A stretch of 64,000 nucleotides of DNA from Eledone cirrhosa (Eukaryota). Positions 1 through 12,719 of this stretch are shown here, piece after piece. The stretch is from NCBI GenBank assembly GCA_964016885.1, contig OZ024743.1, forward strand, positions 360,716,001 through 360,780,000. Reading direction: 5' to 3'. A program made the position numbers and the translations under genes. The notes beneath the pieces were generated by a model that was not told the DNA's origin, ran no database searches, and saw only the letters and a list, made by a program, of their open reading frames with translations. The stretch's first letter is position 1. Every line of letters begins with the position of its first letter.

Positions 1-32
1 CTAAAGTAGAAACAATTATATTTATGTGTAAT

Positions 33-209
33 AATTGTTTCTACTTTTGGCACAAGGCCAGCAATTATCCCAGTTCATTACTGGTACTTTATTTTATCGA
101 CCCCGTAAGGATGAAAGGCAAAGTGAACCTCGGCGGGATTTGGACTCAGATTATAAAGGGGCGTAACTCTATGTGGCAAAGCATGGCGTCCGACCTTCTA
201 ACGATACTG
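33..209 (-). mobile_element. tRNA-derived SINE with Nin-type central domain (5' end slightly truncated)
   Basis: Reverse complement aligns with the copy at 6831: B-box-like GAGTCCAAATCC, GCCTTTCATCCTTACGGGGTCGATAAAATAAAGTACCAG domain, tail GTGCCAAAAGTAGAAACAATT. Confidence 0.85.
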
Positions 210-544
210 TATAATAATGTAAAAGAATTCTAACTTCGTTGAAGCTATTGTGCCCATCGATTACCCTTTCTCTTACCAAACATTGTGGTCTTAAACATTC
301 TAAAATTACTGTTTTAATTAAGGAGCGAAAGTAACATACATTTCTTAAACCTACTCAGGAACTGCTAAACAAACAATACAAAAATAATTGAAGCAGTACT
401 AAATAGAAGAGTAGAATATGATAGTGGTTGAGCAAATCTTCATGGACATTAAGATATAATATAAAGTAGAAGATACACACACACACCTACATATGTATAA
501 TATATATATATATATATGTATACACACACATACAGACACACATA

Positions 545-587
<43 letters not shown>

Positions 588-605
588 ACACACATACACA
601 CACAT

Positions 606-639
<34 letters not shown>

Positions 640-2100
640 GTATATGTGTGTATTAAAAATTACAAATGACTAAAAGTCTAGAATGTATATATCGGAATAA
701 AGCTAATGTTTCATTCAGAATTCTGTCTTAAAAGATTTACTGATTCGGTATGAATTGGATAAGATTCATTCAATTTTCGACCACAATGTTCAGTGTTGGG
801 TAGCTGTCATTTATTCTTTAAAACATGTTAGAAGCTGAAGGCACATATTTTTCACATTATAGTAAAACTGATCACTTTGAATATATCTAGTAGGCTTTAT
901 ATTTTTATACGTATTGTTTAGCTTTTTAGTCACTAAATGTTTTTATAATATTGTCAAAATGCTTTCAAAACTGTCTGAATTTAAATTCAAATATGCAAAC
1001 GAATCTACGCCAGATAAACAAAGGTAATATATAATTTACTTTCTTCTCAATTTATTAATACTTCATAGAAGTACATGTACATATGTATGATATTCTAGAT
1101 TTAATATTTTATAAATTGTCACCAATACAGTAAGATAGTGCTGGCGTCTAACACAAAAAAGACGATTCCATTGGAATTTAGATATCTACTAGGTAAATAC
1201 GTATATATGTATGTGAGTACGTATGTGCAAGTACGGATCCTATTGCATGTGTGTATCTATATGTTTTGAGTTATACGTGTACACATATACATGTTTCTGT
1301 CTCTATACATGTGTATAGAATTCCAGAGAGTTCTCATTGAGAACAACTACCATATTATTCTCCTCAAACAAAGAAATGCCAAGTAAAAAGTATTTAAAAT
1401 AATAATGAGGACACGCACTCATTTCAATGAGAAAACGATTGCTGCCAACTGTTTTGCGTACAACCATATGCGCTATCTTCATGACTGTCCCATTAGTAAC
1501 ACAAAGTTTACATAAAAGCATATGTTGTCTACAAAGTCACATGTAAAAATGTAGCTCCTCGGCAGTACCGACATGATGCTTTACATACGGGTCAAGGAGC
1601 GAATAAAAACGACAGCACCTTTTGTGAAACACATTTTGACAGAAGCCGCAGCCGGGAATTTGAGGTTACCATTGAGGCTTCGGAAAGGAATTTGAGGTCA
1701 CCATTGAGGGAAATTTGAGAATCAAAGAGGTCATTATCATACAGAAGTATAAGTCACAAATAGGATGGAAATGGATGAAGCGGATTAATTACTATAATGG
1801 CTTCAATCATGCGTATATTAGACACTTAGACCAGTTAGGGTTAAACATATCGATCATTAGGTGTTTTTTTTTAAACCTTTATTGTTTTATATTTGTAAAG
1901 GGTATTGGAGCTGAAATATCATTTTGAACTATATTGAATAAAACATTAATGTTTTTGTTTTATTTGTTACACTTTCACTTTTATATATGTTTACCACAGA
2001 GTACACCCTTTCTAAAAAATATCAATCATTTATTACATATCTCACAATGCTTCGTATGAACTAAACTAATTTATGTATATATATTTATATATATATATAT

Positions 2101-2628
2101 AGAAAAATACCAGTAGGAGGCGAGACTGTTTGGTTACTGAAAACGTTAAAAGGTAATCGGGACACAAACAAGAGAAGAAACGTTCCCTTCGTCAGCTGTT
2201 TCCTACGGATCTTGGATGTTTCGGCGCTTAAAACAGAACATCGATCCGTAGCGCGCCCAAGGCCTTTTATCTATCAAAAGGCCATGAAGGAAAGAAGTGA
2301 TAGTGAAGAGAGAGGAAGAAAGAAAAAGGGAACAAAAAAAAGGGAGAAGGGGGAACACAGGTCAAAGGCACATGTATGTAAGCAACCGAAGAGAAAATAG
2401 ATCAAGTTATACCAAGCCGATAGGTATAAGCCCTGCGGCCATAATAACAGAAGAGCTATGTTTTTCCGTGGCGATTCTCAGTAAAGTGAGTGTAGGGAGA
2501 GAGAAAGACTGAGAAACCGGAAGTGTGAGGAGGACAGAGGAGGTGAGTAAGGGGGATAGAGTGAGAGAGGAAGAAGGGGCTTATGACGCACGTGCGACCG
2601 AGACCGAATGCAAGCAAATGGATAGGGA

Positions 2629-2663
<35 letters not shown>

Positions 2664-2769
2664 AAAAGGTAATCGGGACATAAAGAAGAGAAGAAAAGTT
2701 TCCCTTCGTCAGCTGTTTACTACGGATCTTGGGTGTTTCGGCGTTTGAAACAACATCGATCCGTAGCGC

Positions 2770-2772
<3 letters not shown>
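2101..2772 (-). mobile_element. Non-coding PLE terminal remnant with ~110-bp direct repeats (2146-2254, 2661-2770), flanked by (TA)n
   Basis: Direct repeats read directly; homologous to 45605-45960, which lies 3' of a PLE GIY-YIG fragment. Confidence 0.7.
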
Positions 2773-2844
<72 letters not shown>

Positions 2845-2845
<1 letters not shown>

Positions 2846-3088
2846 TTAATTGTTATGTAATAAACAACATAAGATTATTATTTCTTTTACCAGTAGTTTC
2901 TTGATGTTATGTCTGTTTTTTCTTCAAATCCATGTTTAATAAATACACCATGTTTTTTATTCATTCTGACGACTGAGGACAGACACAACAACTGTCTTCA
3001 AGAAACCACTTGTTTATTACATAATTAATAAGCTCTGTAGCCTACATAGAGCACTCTTTTTTCCTTTACCTTTCTGACGGAAACACTT

Positions 3089-3090
<2 letters not shown>
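2845..3090 (+). mobile_element. PLE pLTR remnant (family B) with partial hammerhead and 5' inverted piece
   Basis: ATTCATT-CTGACGA-c-TGAGGACAG..CTGTCTTCA-a-GAAACCA at 2959-3008, stem III deleted; shares its tail with 7688-7770; microsatellite on both sides. Confidence 0.6.
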
Positions 3091-3119
<29 letters not shown>

Positions 3120-3120
3120 G

Positions 3121-3311
3121 TAGGAAAATGTTTAACCCCGACGGCTGAGCTCAAGATGTTTCGACAGCTATTTCAGTCCAGAAATAGCCGTCGAAACGGC
3201 TTCAGCTCAGTCCTCGGGGTGAAACATTTTCCCATTACCCACTCTACTACCCTAAGTATTGAGTACTCTGGTGCGTTATGGTCCATCTGGTTCCTTACCA
3301 CACCTCCTACG

Positions 3312-3313
<2 letters not shown>
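3121..3313 (+). mobile_element. Family A short palindromic element (hairpin plus constant tail) in (TA)n
   Basis: Inverted repeat 3122-3233 followed by tail ATTACCCACTCTACTACCCTAAGTATTGAGTACTCTGGTGCG..; at least 9 copies in window. Confidence 0.8.
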
Positions 3314-3350
<37 letters not shown>

Positions 3351-6045
3351 GTGCTCTGAGCTTGTATATTCCAAATCATATGACGTCAATGTGGCTTTGA
3401 GAGAGCCACATCAATATGTGGCCCATGACTTGTTAATGGATAGAAACAGCATGAAGAATTTATACTTTTAAACTGAAATATCTATTTTGTGAAAGTTGCT
3501 AACTATCAAACGTAGGATTGATACTCACAATATCATTTATTATCAGATCTGCCAACTGCCTTGGCCGAGAGTCATCAGTAAGGCCTTTTGCTTCACCCGT
3601 CAACTGCGGCTCTTTTTACCGTTAATACAGGCTAAAAATATTCAGGAAATATATATAGACTCTACCTTTCAAACTAAGTATTCTTATGTCACCACTTTTG
3701 CCCCGTCTTGTCCTTTTGAAACTCATCTCAAAGAGACAAGATGGAGTAAAATGGAAGAAAGTGGAGACACAGTAAAAGAACAGTCACTTAAAAATATAAA
3801 TAATGTTTCACAAATGAGCTTTGACAATTCTTCTTTGCCCACTTATTTCTGGGAGGTTCATGGGTTCTTTGACAATTACCAATTAAACAAATATCCGGTT
3901 ACTAAACTAACCGTTGAATGGGTTATTTACTCAATCATTAATAAAATTAAGTGAAACCTAACTTGTACGTGTGTTTTATTGGCAGCATGATCCACCCAAA
4001 TATGACAATATCTCTTTCAACACCAGATTTTGCATCAGGAATCTAGCAAAGTACATGCAAAACATTAAGTATACTTTAAGAGGTATCGTTACTGATAACT
4101 TACTAAATAAATGAAGGCTGTTGCGTTCCGACATAAGTAGAAAAAGCCATTCTATTAAGTGTATTAATCTATATAATCAATACAATTTATAATTCATATT
4201 ACTTTTTCTATTAGTTTTAAAGATAAATATTCTTCGAAGCACGATTTATATCAAATAAAAGTGCTCCATTTAAAACCAGTTTGGATAACATCATGTCATT
4301 TAAGAAGATATTTGATTTTACATTGTTCATTTCTCAAAATAATTACTACATTTGACTTGTATGATTAGATTAATTCTCGTTGATTAGAAAGATACACCTT
4401 ATAAAATAATGTGCCAATGTATTTATCACTGGTATCTGATATTCAGTGTTTTTCAATAGTCAGTTGCCTTTTTTTATACTTCTTGCAAAGTGAGATTACT
4501 TGAAGCTAAATATATTCTTCCTATACTTCCATATGCCTATGAGCTTCATTCCTTGTAACGTAAGCTAGTATTTATCGAATCATTATCAAATTTATCACTG
4601 CTGGAACATTGTAAAATATTACTGAGAATGTTAGCATATGTTATGTTGACTTAGTTTTCTCCTTTGACGTGTTTGTTAAAAAATCAGGGGATTCACAATA
4701 TGGCGCAAATATTACGTAAATAAAATTGATACAAATACTTACCTACATTATATACATATTAATAACTCGCATTCCACATGGAGAGAAAATGATTTTCAAA
4801 GACTACAGAAATAAGCTCACCGTAATGATCAAAGCAATTTCATTAATTACATCACCATATTCAATGTTGTCCTTGTAGAACTTATATTAACGATGTTTCA
4901 CAAAAATATATTATTTAGAGTAAACTGAGCTTCCATTACGTTGCATATTTTGCAATGAGCAGTCGGGAAACCACAGATGTTTTACCAACATCGCATTTGC
5001 ATGAAAACAAAGCATATACCATTAGTTTAGAATCAATGATTATCCGGAATTACACGCAAAAAAATTAATACTCTATATCAGTGGTTCCTTCAATCACAAT
5101 CAAAAACAACTAGGGGGCTTTTACACTGTCATTCCCCCTGCTAGAAATATTAGGCCAAACTTTCCTTCAAATCAAATTATGTGAACATAAAGCATCATCT
5201 GAAAATCTGACAGGGATTGAACGTCCTTGATCTGCGGTTTCTCAATCAGCCAAACTGTGGCAATAAAAACAGCAATAAAAATCGTATGAGCTACGGCTGG
5301 ATACGAATAGCTTTTAACCAAAAATTGAAATTATGATCTTGGATTTTGTTTACCAAAAATCAGAATTCTCTAAGCTTAGATAAAGTAGAAATATAAAGAA
5401 TAATATTTGATTCATCAAAATTCTATGTAAAGGTTTTATATGTCAGATTTACGTAGATTCTTCGGTTCTTGGATAATATATTTCAGAAAAATAGACATTG
5501 AATTTAGCATTATATCATTTCTGTGTCAGTTCAGAAACACGGCTCCAAAGAATATTATTATATTAATACTCGGAAATCCGCAAAAGCCTTCTGACAGGGT
5601 CATCCCTTTGTAAATTTTATGATGATCATTTGGTGATATTCATTCAGAACAATAAATTATTATTTAAAACTCTATAATCATATTTAAATTGATATTAATT
5701 TTCTTTTGCGTAAACTGAGGGTCATTACTCGAGTAATATCATTTCTAACATTGAGATAATTCACTGTCTGCTTTGATGAATAGAATATAATCTTACCTGA
5801 AAATGATTCATATGAGCAACGTGAATAACCAATGAAACTACAATTGCGAAGAAAGAAATTAGAATTTACTAGTTAGAACATTCCGATTTGCTGCTACCTG
5901 ACTAAGAAACACTGTTTAGCAGACGACAGGCAATCGATAATGAGAATAGATAGGTGTGAGATAGTAAAGACTCATGATAACTGAAGAATTTAATTTGATT
6001 TGAAGTGTAATAGTAATTGTAATTTTGATGGAGTACTGGCAGTGC

Positions 6046-6165
6046 CGCTAGGGTATAGTTTTAAGGCTTTGCGGTATTTCTTGCAACTCACTACACCTTG
6101 GATTCGAACTCGACCTAGATTTATTTTGCCTTTTATTCTATCTGGTTTGATGAAAAAATTACCGA
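6046..6165 (+). mobile_element. Old, degenerate tRNA/Nin-type SINE
   Basis: TGGCAGTGCCG (A box), GGATTCGAACTC (B box), TTTGCCTTTTATTCT..GATGAAAAAATTACC resembling the Nin domain. Confidence 0.45.
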
Positions 6166-6830
6166 TCAAGGGGTTGTTAAAATATCAAACGAAATTATTT
6201 ATAGTATCTATTTCATCACTTTACTATCGGTTTTCAAATTATAATTTCATGCGTGTCCGAGAAAATTTCATCTAACAAGTATTTATGCTCTAGCACACAC
6301 ACATACAAGCGCACGTGCACAAACACGGACACACACACACAAACACATATATATATGTATATATATTATAGGGATATATATGAAAGCATATACGATATAT
6401 TTATGTATACTAGCCATAAATGAGCCCTGTTTTAGAGTGGTTGGTTGTCATCTCGCAGCTATCTTAGTAGATGTGAGATTGACAGACACATGTTTCTTGA
6501 TTATTATTTGTCATCGGTGAAAATTACTCATATGGATGAAACATCGACTGGAAATACTCATCTGCATATATTACGAACCAGACTGATTAGAAGGCAATAA
6601 TTAGAAGTGGCACTAACATATATACATACATACACACACACACATATATATATAATATATATATATATATATCTAAATATGTATACGTACATACATATAT
6701 GTATACAGACTCACACATAGATGCACACACACACATATATATATATATGTACGTATGGGTTTACCGAACATTTATTATAATGCTCTGTTTGTTTGTAAAC
6801 AAACAGCTAGAATTATTAGCCGTACAGCCG

Positions 6831-7020
6831 GGCGGTGGATTGGCAGTATCGGTAGAGAGTCGGACACCATGCTTTGAAACATCGAGTTACGTCCATTTAT
6901 GATCTGAGTTCAAATCCCGCCGATGTTAACTTTGCCTTTCATCCTTACGGGTTCGATAAAATAAAGAACCAGTAATGTACTGGGTAATTGCTGGCTTTGT
7001 GCCAAAAATAGAAACAATTA
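6831..7020 (+). mobile_element. Full-length tRNA-derived Nin-type SINE with 17-bp target-site duplication
   Basis: A box TGGCAGTATCGG, B box GAGTTCAAATCC, Nin domain; AATTATTAGCCGTACAG at 6811-6827 and 7016-7032. Confidence 0.9.
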
Positions 7021-7078
7021 TTAGCCGTACAGTGTTCGTCAACCATCGCTGCCCTTTTGTTCAACACTGACAAAGGAA

Positions 7079-7119
7079 GGATGAACTAGTTTCTAGCTTA
7101 TAAGCTGTCATCAGCACCG
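7079..7119 (-). ncRNA. Minimal type I hammerhead ribozyme
   Basis: GGUG-CUGAUGA-c-AGCUuauaAGCU-a-GAA-ACUAGU-U-CAUC; palindromic stem III typical of dimeric PLE hammerheads. Confidence 0.75.
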
Positions 7120-7480
7120 TATACGTTCCTGTCAGTTGATTGAAAGCTTGAAAGTATATACTTTCCTTATGCATATTAACGGCTGAGCAGCCTAATTTGC
7201 ATATCGGGCCAGTAAAACGATAAATGGAAAATATGAAATTTCATTTCTCACTCTTAGTACGGCTGATAGTTAAATGTAAGTATTTATACGTACATACATA
7301 TATGTATACAGACGCACAGTAGTATGTATATATATACATACATGCACACATATATATATATATATATATATATGTGTGTACGCATGGGTTTACCGAACAT
7401 TTATTATAATGCTCGGTTTGTTTGTAAATAAACAGTTCGAATTATTAGCCGTACATTGTTCGGCAACTATCGCGGCACTT

Positions 7481-7527
<47 letters not shown>

Positions 7528-7531
<4 letters not shown>

Positions 7532-7675
7532 ATTCTGCAACCTCGATGGCTGAGCTCTGGCCAGAGCTCAGCCGTCGGGCTCCTGAAACTTTTTATATTA
7601 CCTACTCTAATATCCCAAGTATCGAGTAATCTGGTGGGTTACGGTCTACCTGGTTCTTTACGACACTCTATCTGA
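7528..7675 (+). mobile_element. Family A element, diverged copy with short hairpin
   Basis: CGATGGCTGAGCTCTGG/CCAGAGCTCAGCCGTCG hairpin plus family tail; (TA)n flanks. Confidence 0.7.
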
Positions 7676-7687
7676 TATATATATATA

Positions 7688-7975
7688 AAAATGAAGTATT
7701 TCCGTAGGAAATGTAAAGGAAATGAGAGTGCTCTATGTAGGCTACAGAGCGTTTTAGTTATGTAATAAATAACATGAGATAATTAATTCATTTAACAATG
7801 GTTTCTTGAAGAGCTTGACACTCATGTCTGTCTTCATTCATCAGAAAAAAATTTATTAAAAACTTATTAAACATACATTTTTTTCTGATGAATGAAGACC
7901 GACATAAGTGTCAAGCTCTTCAAGAAACCATTGGTAAATGAATTAATTATCTTATGTTGTTTATTAGATAACTAT
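7688..7975. mobile_element. Family B PLE pLTR remnant as an inverted repeat with two hammerheads (7786-7850 minus, 7878-7943 plus)
   Basis: CUGAUGA-a-UGAAGA..UCUUCA-a-GAA-ACCAUUGGU-A-AAUGAAU on plus; mirror copy on minus. Confidence 0.75.
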
Positions 7976-8020
7976 ATATATATATATACAGAGAGAGAAA
8001 GAGAGAGAGGGGGGGGGGGG

Positions 8021-8083
<63 letters not shown>

Positions 8084-8547
8084 TAAATAAATATATTTCT
8101 ATGAGATTATAGCTGGAAGAAGAAAATTGTGATGCTAATATTTTCTTAAATCCGCATTGGAAGAACAATATTATATTAATACAAACCATATTATTTTACT
8201 GTCAACTAACACTAATTATAAACCGCAAATATACGTTATTTTCGATATTAAACATGCACGGTGATAAAATAAACCCATATAGCTTCAAAACTGTGGCAAG
8301 TTATAAACATCACATGATATTAAAGAAATAATATACTTTCACATATTAGTAATTAATTGGCAAAGTAAACAGTGCATTAACATCTAGTTGGTGGGTTTCA
8401 TTATGAAGAACTATCTTAACACGCTTTTGTTTTCTGTTTGTTTATTATTTTTTGTTTATTACTTTCTTTCATTTTTCTTTCTGTCTCTCTCTCTCTCTTT
8501 CTCTATCTATACACACACACACACACACACACAAATACACGCGCGCA

Positions 8548-8640
<93 letters not shown>

Positions 8641-8641
<1 letters not shown>

Positions 8642-8824
8642 CGTAGGTCCCGTTTGAGTCGGGGATAACCACAGTAAGTAAGGTACTCAATACATGGCAG
8701 AGTAAAATGTTTTTTATTGTATAGAAGGAGCTTCTACAGGACTAGTACTGTTTCATTCAGATGAAATCTTCAGGAAGATTTCATCTGAATGAAACAGTAC
8801 TAGTCCTGTAGAAGCTCCTTCTAT

Positions 8825-8830
<6 letters not shown>
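8641..8830 (-). mobile_element. PLE pLTR remnant: perfect 57-bp-arm palindrome (8715-8830) containing a hammerhead core, plus tail
   Basis: Arms 8715-8771 and 8774-8830 are exact complements; minus strand reads CUGAAGA-uUUCaucuGAAu-GAAAC-aguacua-GUC; (TA)n flanks. Confidence 0.7.
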
Positions 8831-8878
<48 letters not shown>

Positions 8879-9370
8879 GTATATATATATATATGTGTGT
8901 GTGTGTGTATCTGTTTCTGCTAATAACCTCCTCATATGAGTAAGAGTTAAAAAGCCGTAAGATACAAGTTTGAAGGTGAAAGGGTATCATAAAAATTTCT
9001 CGGAGAGAGGTTAATCATTTCTTATGTTACAGCGAAACCCAAGACAATGAATTTTCTCAAAACATCATTTAAAAAAAATATGTATATGAATAAATACATC
9101 AATAAATCAATAAATAAAAATATTAATTTCTATATTAGGCACTAACATAATACAAAAGCAATAAAAAATTAATTAATAACAGATTCCCTAATAGTGTGTA
9201 GTATCACCCAGGGATAATTTAGGATCCCAACACTCCGAAACCTCATAGACGGCATTACGTAGGTAATCTTTGAGCCAGTTTGGATGGAATAGCAGATTGT
9301 GTGATTAACGTAATGGACCCTAGTATGCTTTTGTGGAAGGCAAACCTGTATACATTAAATAAATACCTAG

Positions 9371-10830
9371 GTGTGGTTAATATTCGAAGAGGAATATTTC
9401 AAGGAAATTAATTATCAATATTGTTCTTTGTCATCGCCATCAATCCTGATGATCAGACGGGAGACAAATATTGGTTATATGTTCGAAATCAGAGGACCTA
9501 AGATCATTCATATCGATAATCTGAAACTAATTGGCAAGAATGAATATATGGTTGACTCGTTGGTTCTTCAAAGAGAGGTATTCGTGTACGTGGAAGAGGG
9601 CTTGGATTACCGGACGGAGAGTCAATTAGTGACCCTATCTAAATTGGTTAGAGTTGATACTGAAAATTTGATTACGAAGAACTTGATCACTGCTATCAAT
9701 AACTGGGAAGTGTCGGTTATTAGATATAGTGAGGCCATTTTCAATTGGACCAAACAAGTGATATAGACAATTGATGACAATAGTGCATTGCATCCAAAGG
9801 TAAATATTATAAAGCTATATATATACAAGGCAGAACGAGGATTTGTAAATTTGAAAAATTGTGTGGCTAGTTAAGGCAAATCTTTAGATTTTTATTTAGC
9901 CAGTAGTCGAGGAGAAATTTTAAGCTGTTGCCAATCGCAGAAGCATGTGAATTGAAAATAAAGAAAATTGCAAACAGTGTAGGTTAATTAAGAAGTTGGA
10001 AAGTAGGACATACCGTGTGTACCTGTGACAGGATTGTGCCACCTGAATACAAAAGACGACACGATCATTTGTAGCTTACATACCCTATGATCTTTCTGCA
10101 AGAAATGTGTTTCAAACTGTGAAATAGTGTCATTACAAACAAAAGAAGGACATAGAAAACCAGACTGTAAAACAGTTGTGAGATGTGACAATTCAAGCAG
10201 ATACATTTCTTGTGCATGCAAACCAAACACCACTTTGGTGGCGAAAAGCACTGCAAGGAGGGAAGTGTTTATTGATTGTTATAGCTCACACATGAGATCA
10301 TTTCATCAATAGTAACGAAAACGAGAAAATTGCAATTCATACAGACTTGAGAATGGATGCCGAGAGAATATAGCATATGAAAGCAAGAATGATATCAATT
10401 CTGGTTGGAGTGCATAAGTCGGTGAGGTAAAGCAGTCAAGCGCCTCATTGATACAATTGGAGACAGGCCTATCCTTACAACATTGCCAAAGTGAAAACAT
10501 TTGGGAACAGCAAATATTCTGCAGAAAGTAACTGAGGTTATATAACTTGAACCAATGTTATTCTTTGTGAATACTGACAGAACAATCAAGGCCAACAGAC
10601 CTGACATAATTGTGTGGAAGCTTCCATCCGATCGTAACATCTCCTTGAAAGAGTCCGGAAAGTTCACTATCTATCAATTGAAATTGGGAAAATGTGGCAT
10701 CTTAAGGCCTGTACACTACCAGTGATAATCGGTGCACTTGGAAAGATAAAAAAGGGTATTGAAAAATATTTCAACCGGATACCGGGAAAGCCATCGCTGC
10801 AAGAGATACAGAAAATATCAGAAGGGCATT
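9371..10830 (+). mobile_element. Decayed R4/Dong-clade non-LTR retrotransposon (RT thumb to RLE endonuclease)
   Basis: KNLITAINNWEVSVIRYS, ANRPDIIV (~10590), PVIIGALGKIKKG..LQEIQK; many stops and frameshifts. Confidence 0.75.
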
Positions 10831-11024
10831 ATCAATTTAAAAACATTGCAAGGACATTTACTGTTGTTTGTACCGTTGTGACATCATTTGTGTGACCATA
10901 GATTGTAACATATGTTTATTATCAAATTTTTCCTCAGGTGCCAAGTTGACAATGGTCAGGATTTTGAAATAAGCAGAATTCAAAGTAAGTTTCAAATCAT
11001 AATGATAATAATGATAATATTAAT

Positions 11025-11211
11025 AATTGTTTCTACTTTAGGCACAAGGCCAGCAATTACCCAGTGCATTACTGGTACTTTATTTTATCGACCCCGTAAG
11101 GATGAAAGGCAAAGTCAACCTCGGCGGGATTTGAACTCAGATCGTAAAGGGACGTAACTATACTGGAAAGCATGGCGTCCGACTCTCTACCGATACTGCC
11201 AATCCACCGCC
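11025..11211 (-). mobile_element. tRNA-derived Nin-type SINE
   Basis: Near full-length match to the 6831 copy, in an (AAT)n context. Confidence 0.9.
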
Positions 11212-11264
11212 ATTACCGCCAATGATAATATTAATAATAATTGTTTCTACTTTTGGCACAAATT

Positions 11265-12420
11265 AATAATGCATTCTTTATTAACCACAAGGGTTTACAT
11301 AAAGTAGACATTAAGGACAGTACAGGACAATACAGGACGGTACAAATGGGCATTTCTGCGTGTAAAAAAAATAGGATGTAACAAAAAAATAACAATGAAA
11401 AATTCCCCAATAGGAGGGAGACTTCCGAGGGACATTCGTGCAGAAAGCCCATTAAAAAGCCACAGTGACCCTGACCACCAGAGCAAGTGCCCTCTCCCAG
11501 TTTTCCACTTTTAATTTACAGACACATACTCAGAGTAGGCCCATTCACTCGGACCATTCTTGCTTCGCTCACCCATCTTTCAACAAAATGCTGGGAAGAG
11601 AGGACTTCCCTCTCTACCCTGATTTTCCTTTACAAATGAAATTTGAAAAGCTTAATCAGGGCATCACTGAAGAAGTAAGTGCTCGTCTTCAGCCCTTTCA
11701 AACGTGTCCACCATACTATCTCTTTCGCCATGGGCACCAGACAGATAAAAACTGTCTGCCCTTCCCGGCTAAAGGAAGAGGGTGGGGAAATCCTCACGAT
11801 GGACTCAGCTGATAGCCGGATCCGTCCTACACGCGACAGCAGGTGTTCGACATAAACCCACAAGTCAGCAATGCTCGGACACTGGACGAGTGCGTGCAGG
11901 ACGGTTTCGTCACCCTGCGCGCATCTCGGACATGCCCGGCTGACGGCACCTCCATGCCTGTAGAGTTTATCCCGAACTGGCAAAGCTCCTCGGTAGCACT
12001 TCCAGGCCAGTGATTTCTGGAAATTGTCCATAGGCCGCGTCCCGAAAGTTCTTCCGAAGAGATTGGCTAGTTGATTTTCGTTGACGCCTAGAGTTTCCCC
12101 AAGTAAGTCGTCGCTCTTTCCCTCCACTAATCCTCTATAGACTACCAAGGTGGAGTTTCCACCGATCACATTGCTCGATTGGTCGAAGCTGTGAGCGCCT
12201 GAAGACATTCCAGTCTCCAAGCCCTCCCTCTCGGTCTTCGCTTGACTCAGGACTGCAGTTCTGTCAAGGAGACGAACTGGGGAAAGACGCGCCTAGCAAA
12301 CGACGAATACACCTGATCACCGTCGAGGAAGAGGTGGAGATGTCGTAGCCTGAGCGCGTGTCTGCGCGCATCATCAGCCACGGGGTGCCCAGCCCTCCAC
12401 GTAGCGGGTGTTGACAGCAG
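11265..12420 (-). mobile_element. 5'-truncated Tx1/L1-clade LINE (ORF2 C-terminal zinc finger and 3' UTR)
   Basis: ORF 11630-12220 with CPRC..ETVLHALVQCP; highly similar to 62338-63490; AATAAA plus ATT tail. Confidence 0.85.
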
Positions 12421-12444
12421 ATAATAACAATAATTATTATTATA

Positions 12445-12628
12445 TGGATTGGCAATATCGGTAGAGAGTCGGGCACTATGCTTTGAAGCATAGAGTTACG
12501 TCCCTTTATGATCTGATTTCGAATCCGTCCGCGGTTAACTTTGCCTTTCATCCTTACGGGGTCGATAAAATAAAGTACCAGTAATACACCGGGTATTTGC
12601 TCTCCTTGTGCCAAAAGTAGAAACAATT
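12445..12628 (+). mobile_element. tRNA-derived Nin-type SINE
   Basis: A box, B box, Nin domain and tail as in the other copies. Confidence 0.85.
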
Positions 12629-12719
12629 ATTATAATTATTTATAACGCTTTTGTTCTGGCAGATGTTATACAGACACTATACCAAAAAAAAGGAAAGACA
12701 TAGCCAATGGCTAAATGTA

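Larger units (their letters stand above)
6685..7480 (-). mobile_element. Non-coding PLE-type remnant with direct repeats and a hammerhead; one repeat interrupted by a SINE
   Basis: 6685-7055 (minus the SINE) repeated at 7287-7480; hammerhead at 7079-7119; (TA)n flanks. Confidence 0.6.

Noticed and set aside
2184-2292. HDV-like, twister or SECIS reading of the structured motif
   Set aside because: Lacks HDV P3/L3 with P1.1, the twister UA/L4 consensus and the SECIS AUGA-AA-GA geometry
3496-3954. 152-aa ORF
   Set aside because: No recognisable motif, non-ATG start, AT-rich background
6831-6920. tRNA gene
   Set aside because: A and B boxes belong to a SINE head; no cloverleaf
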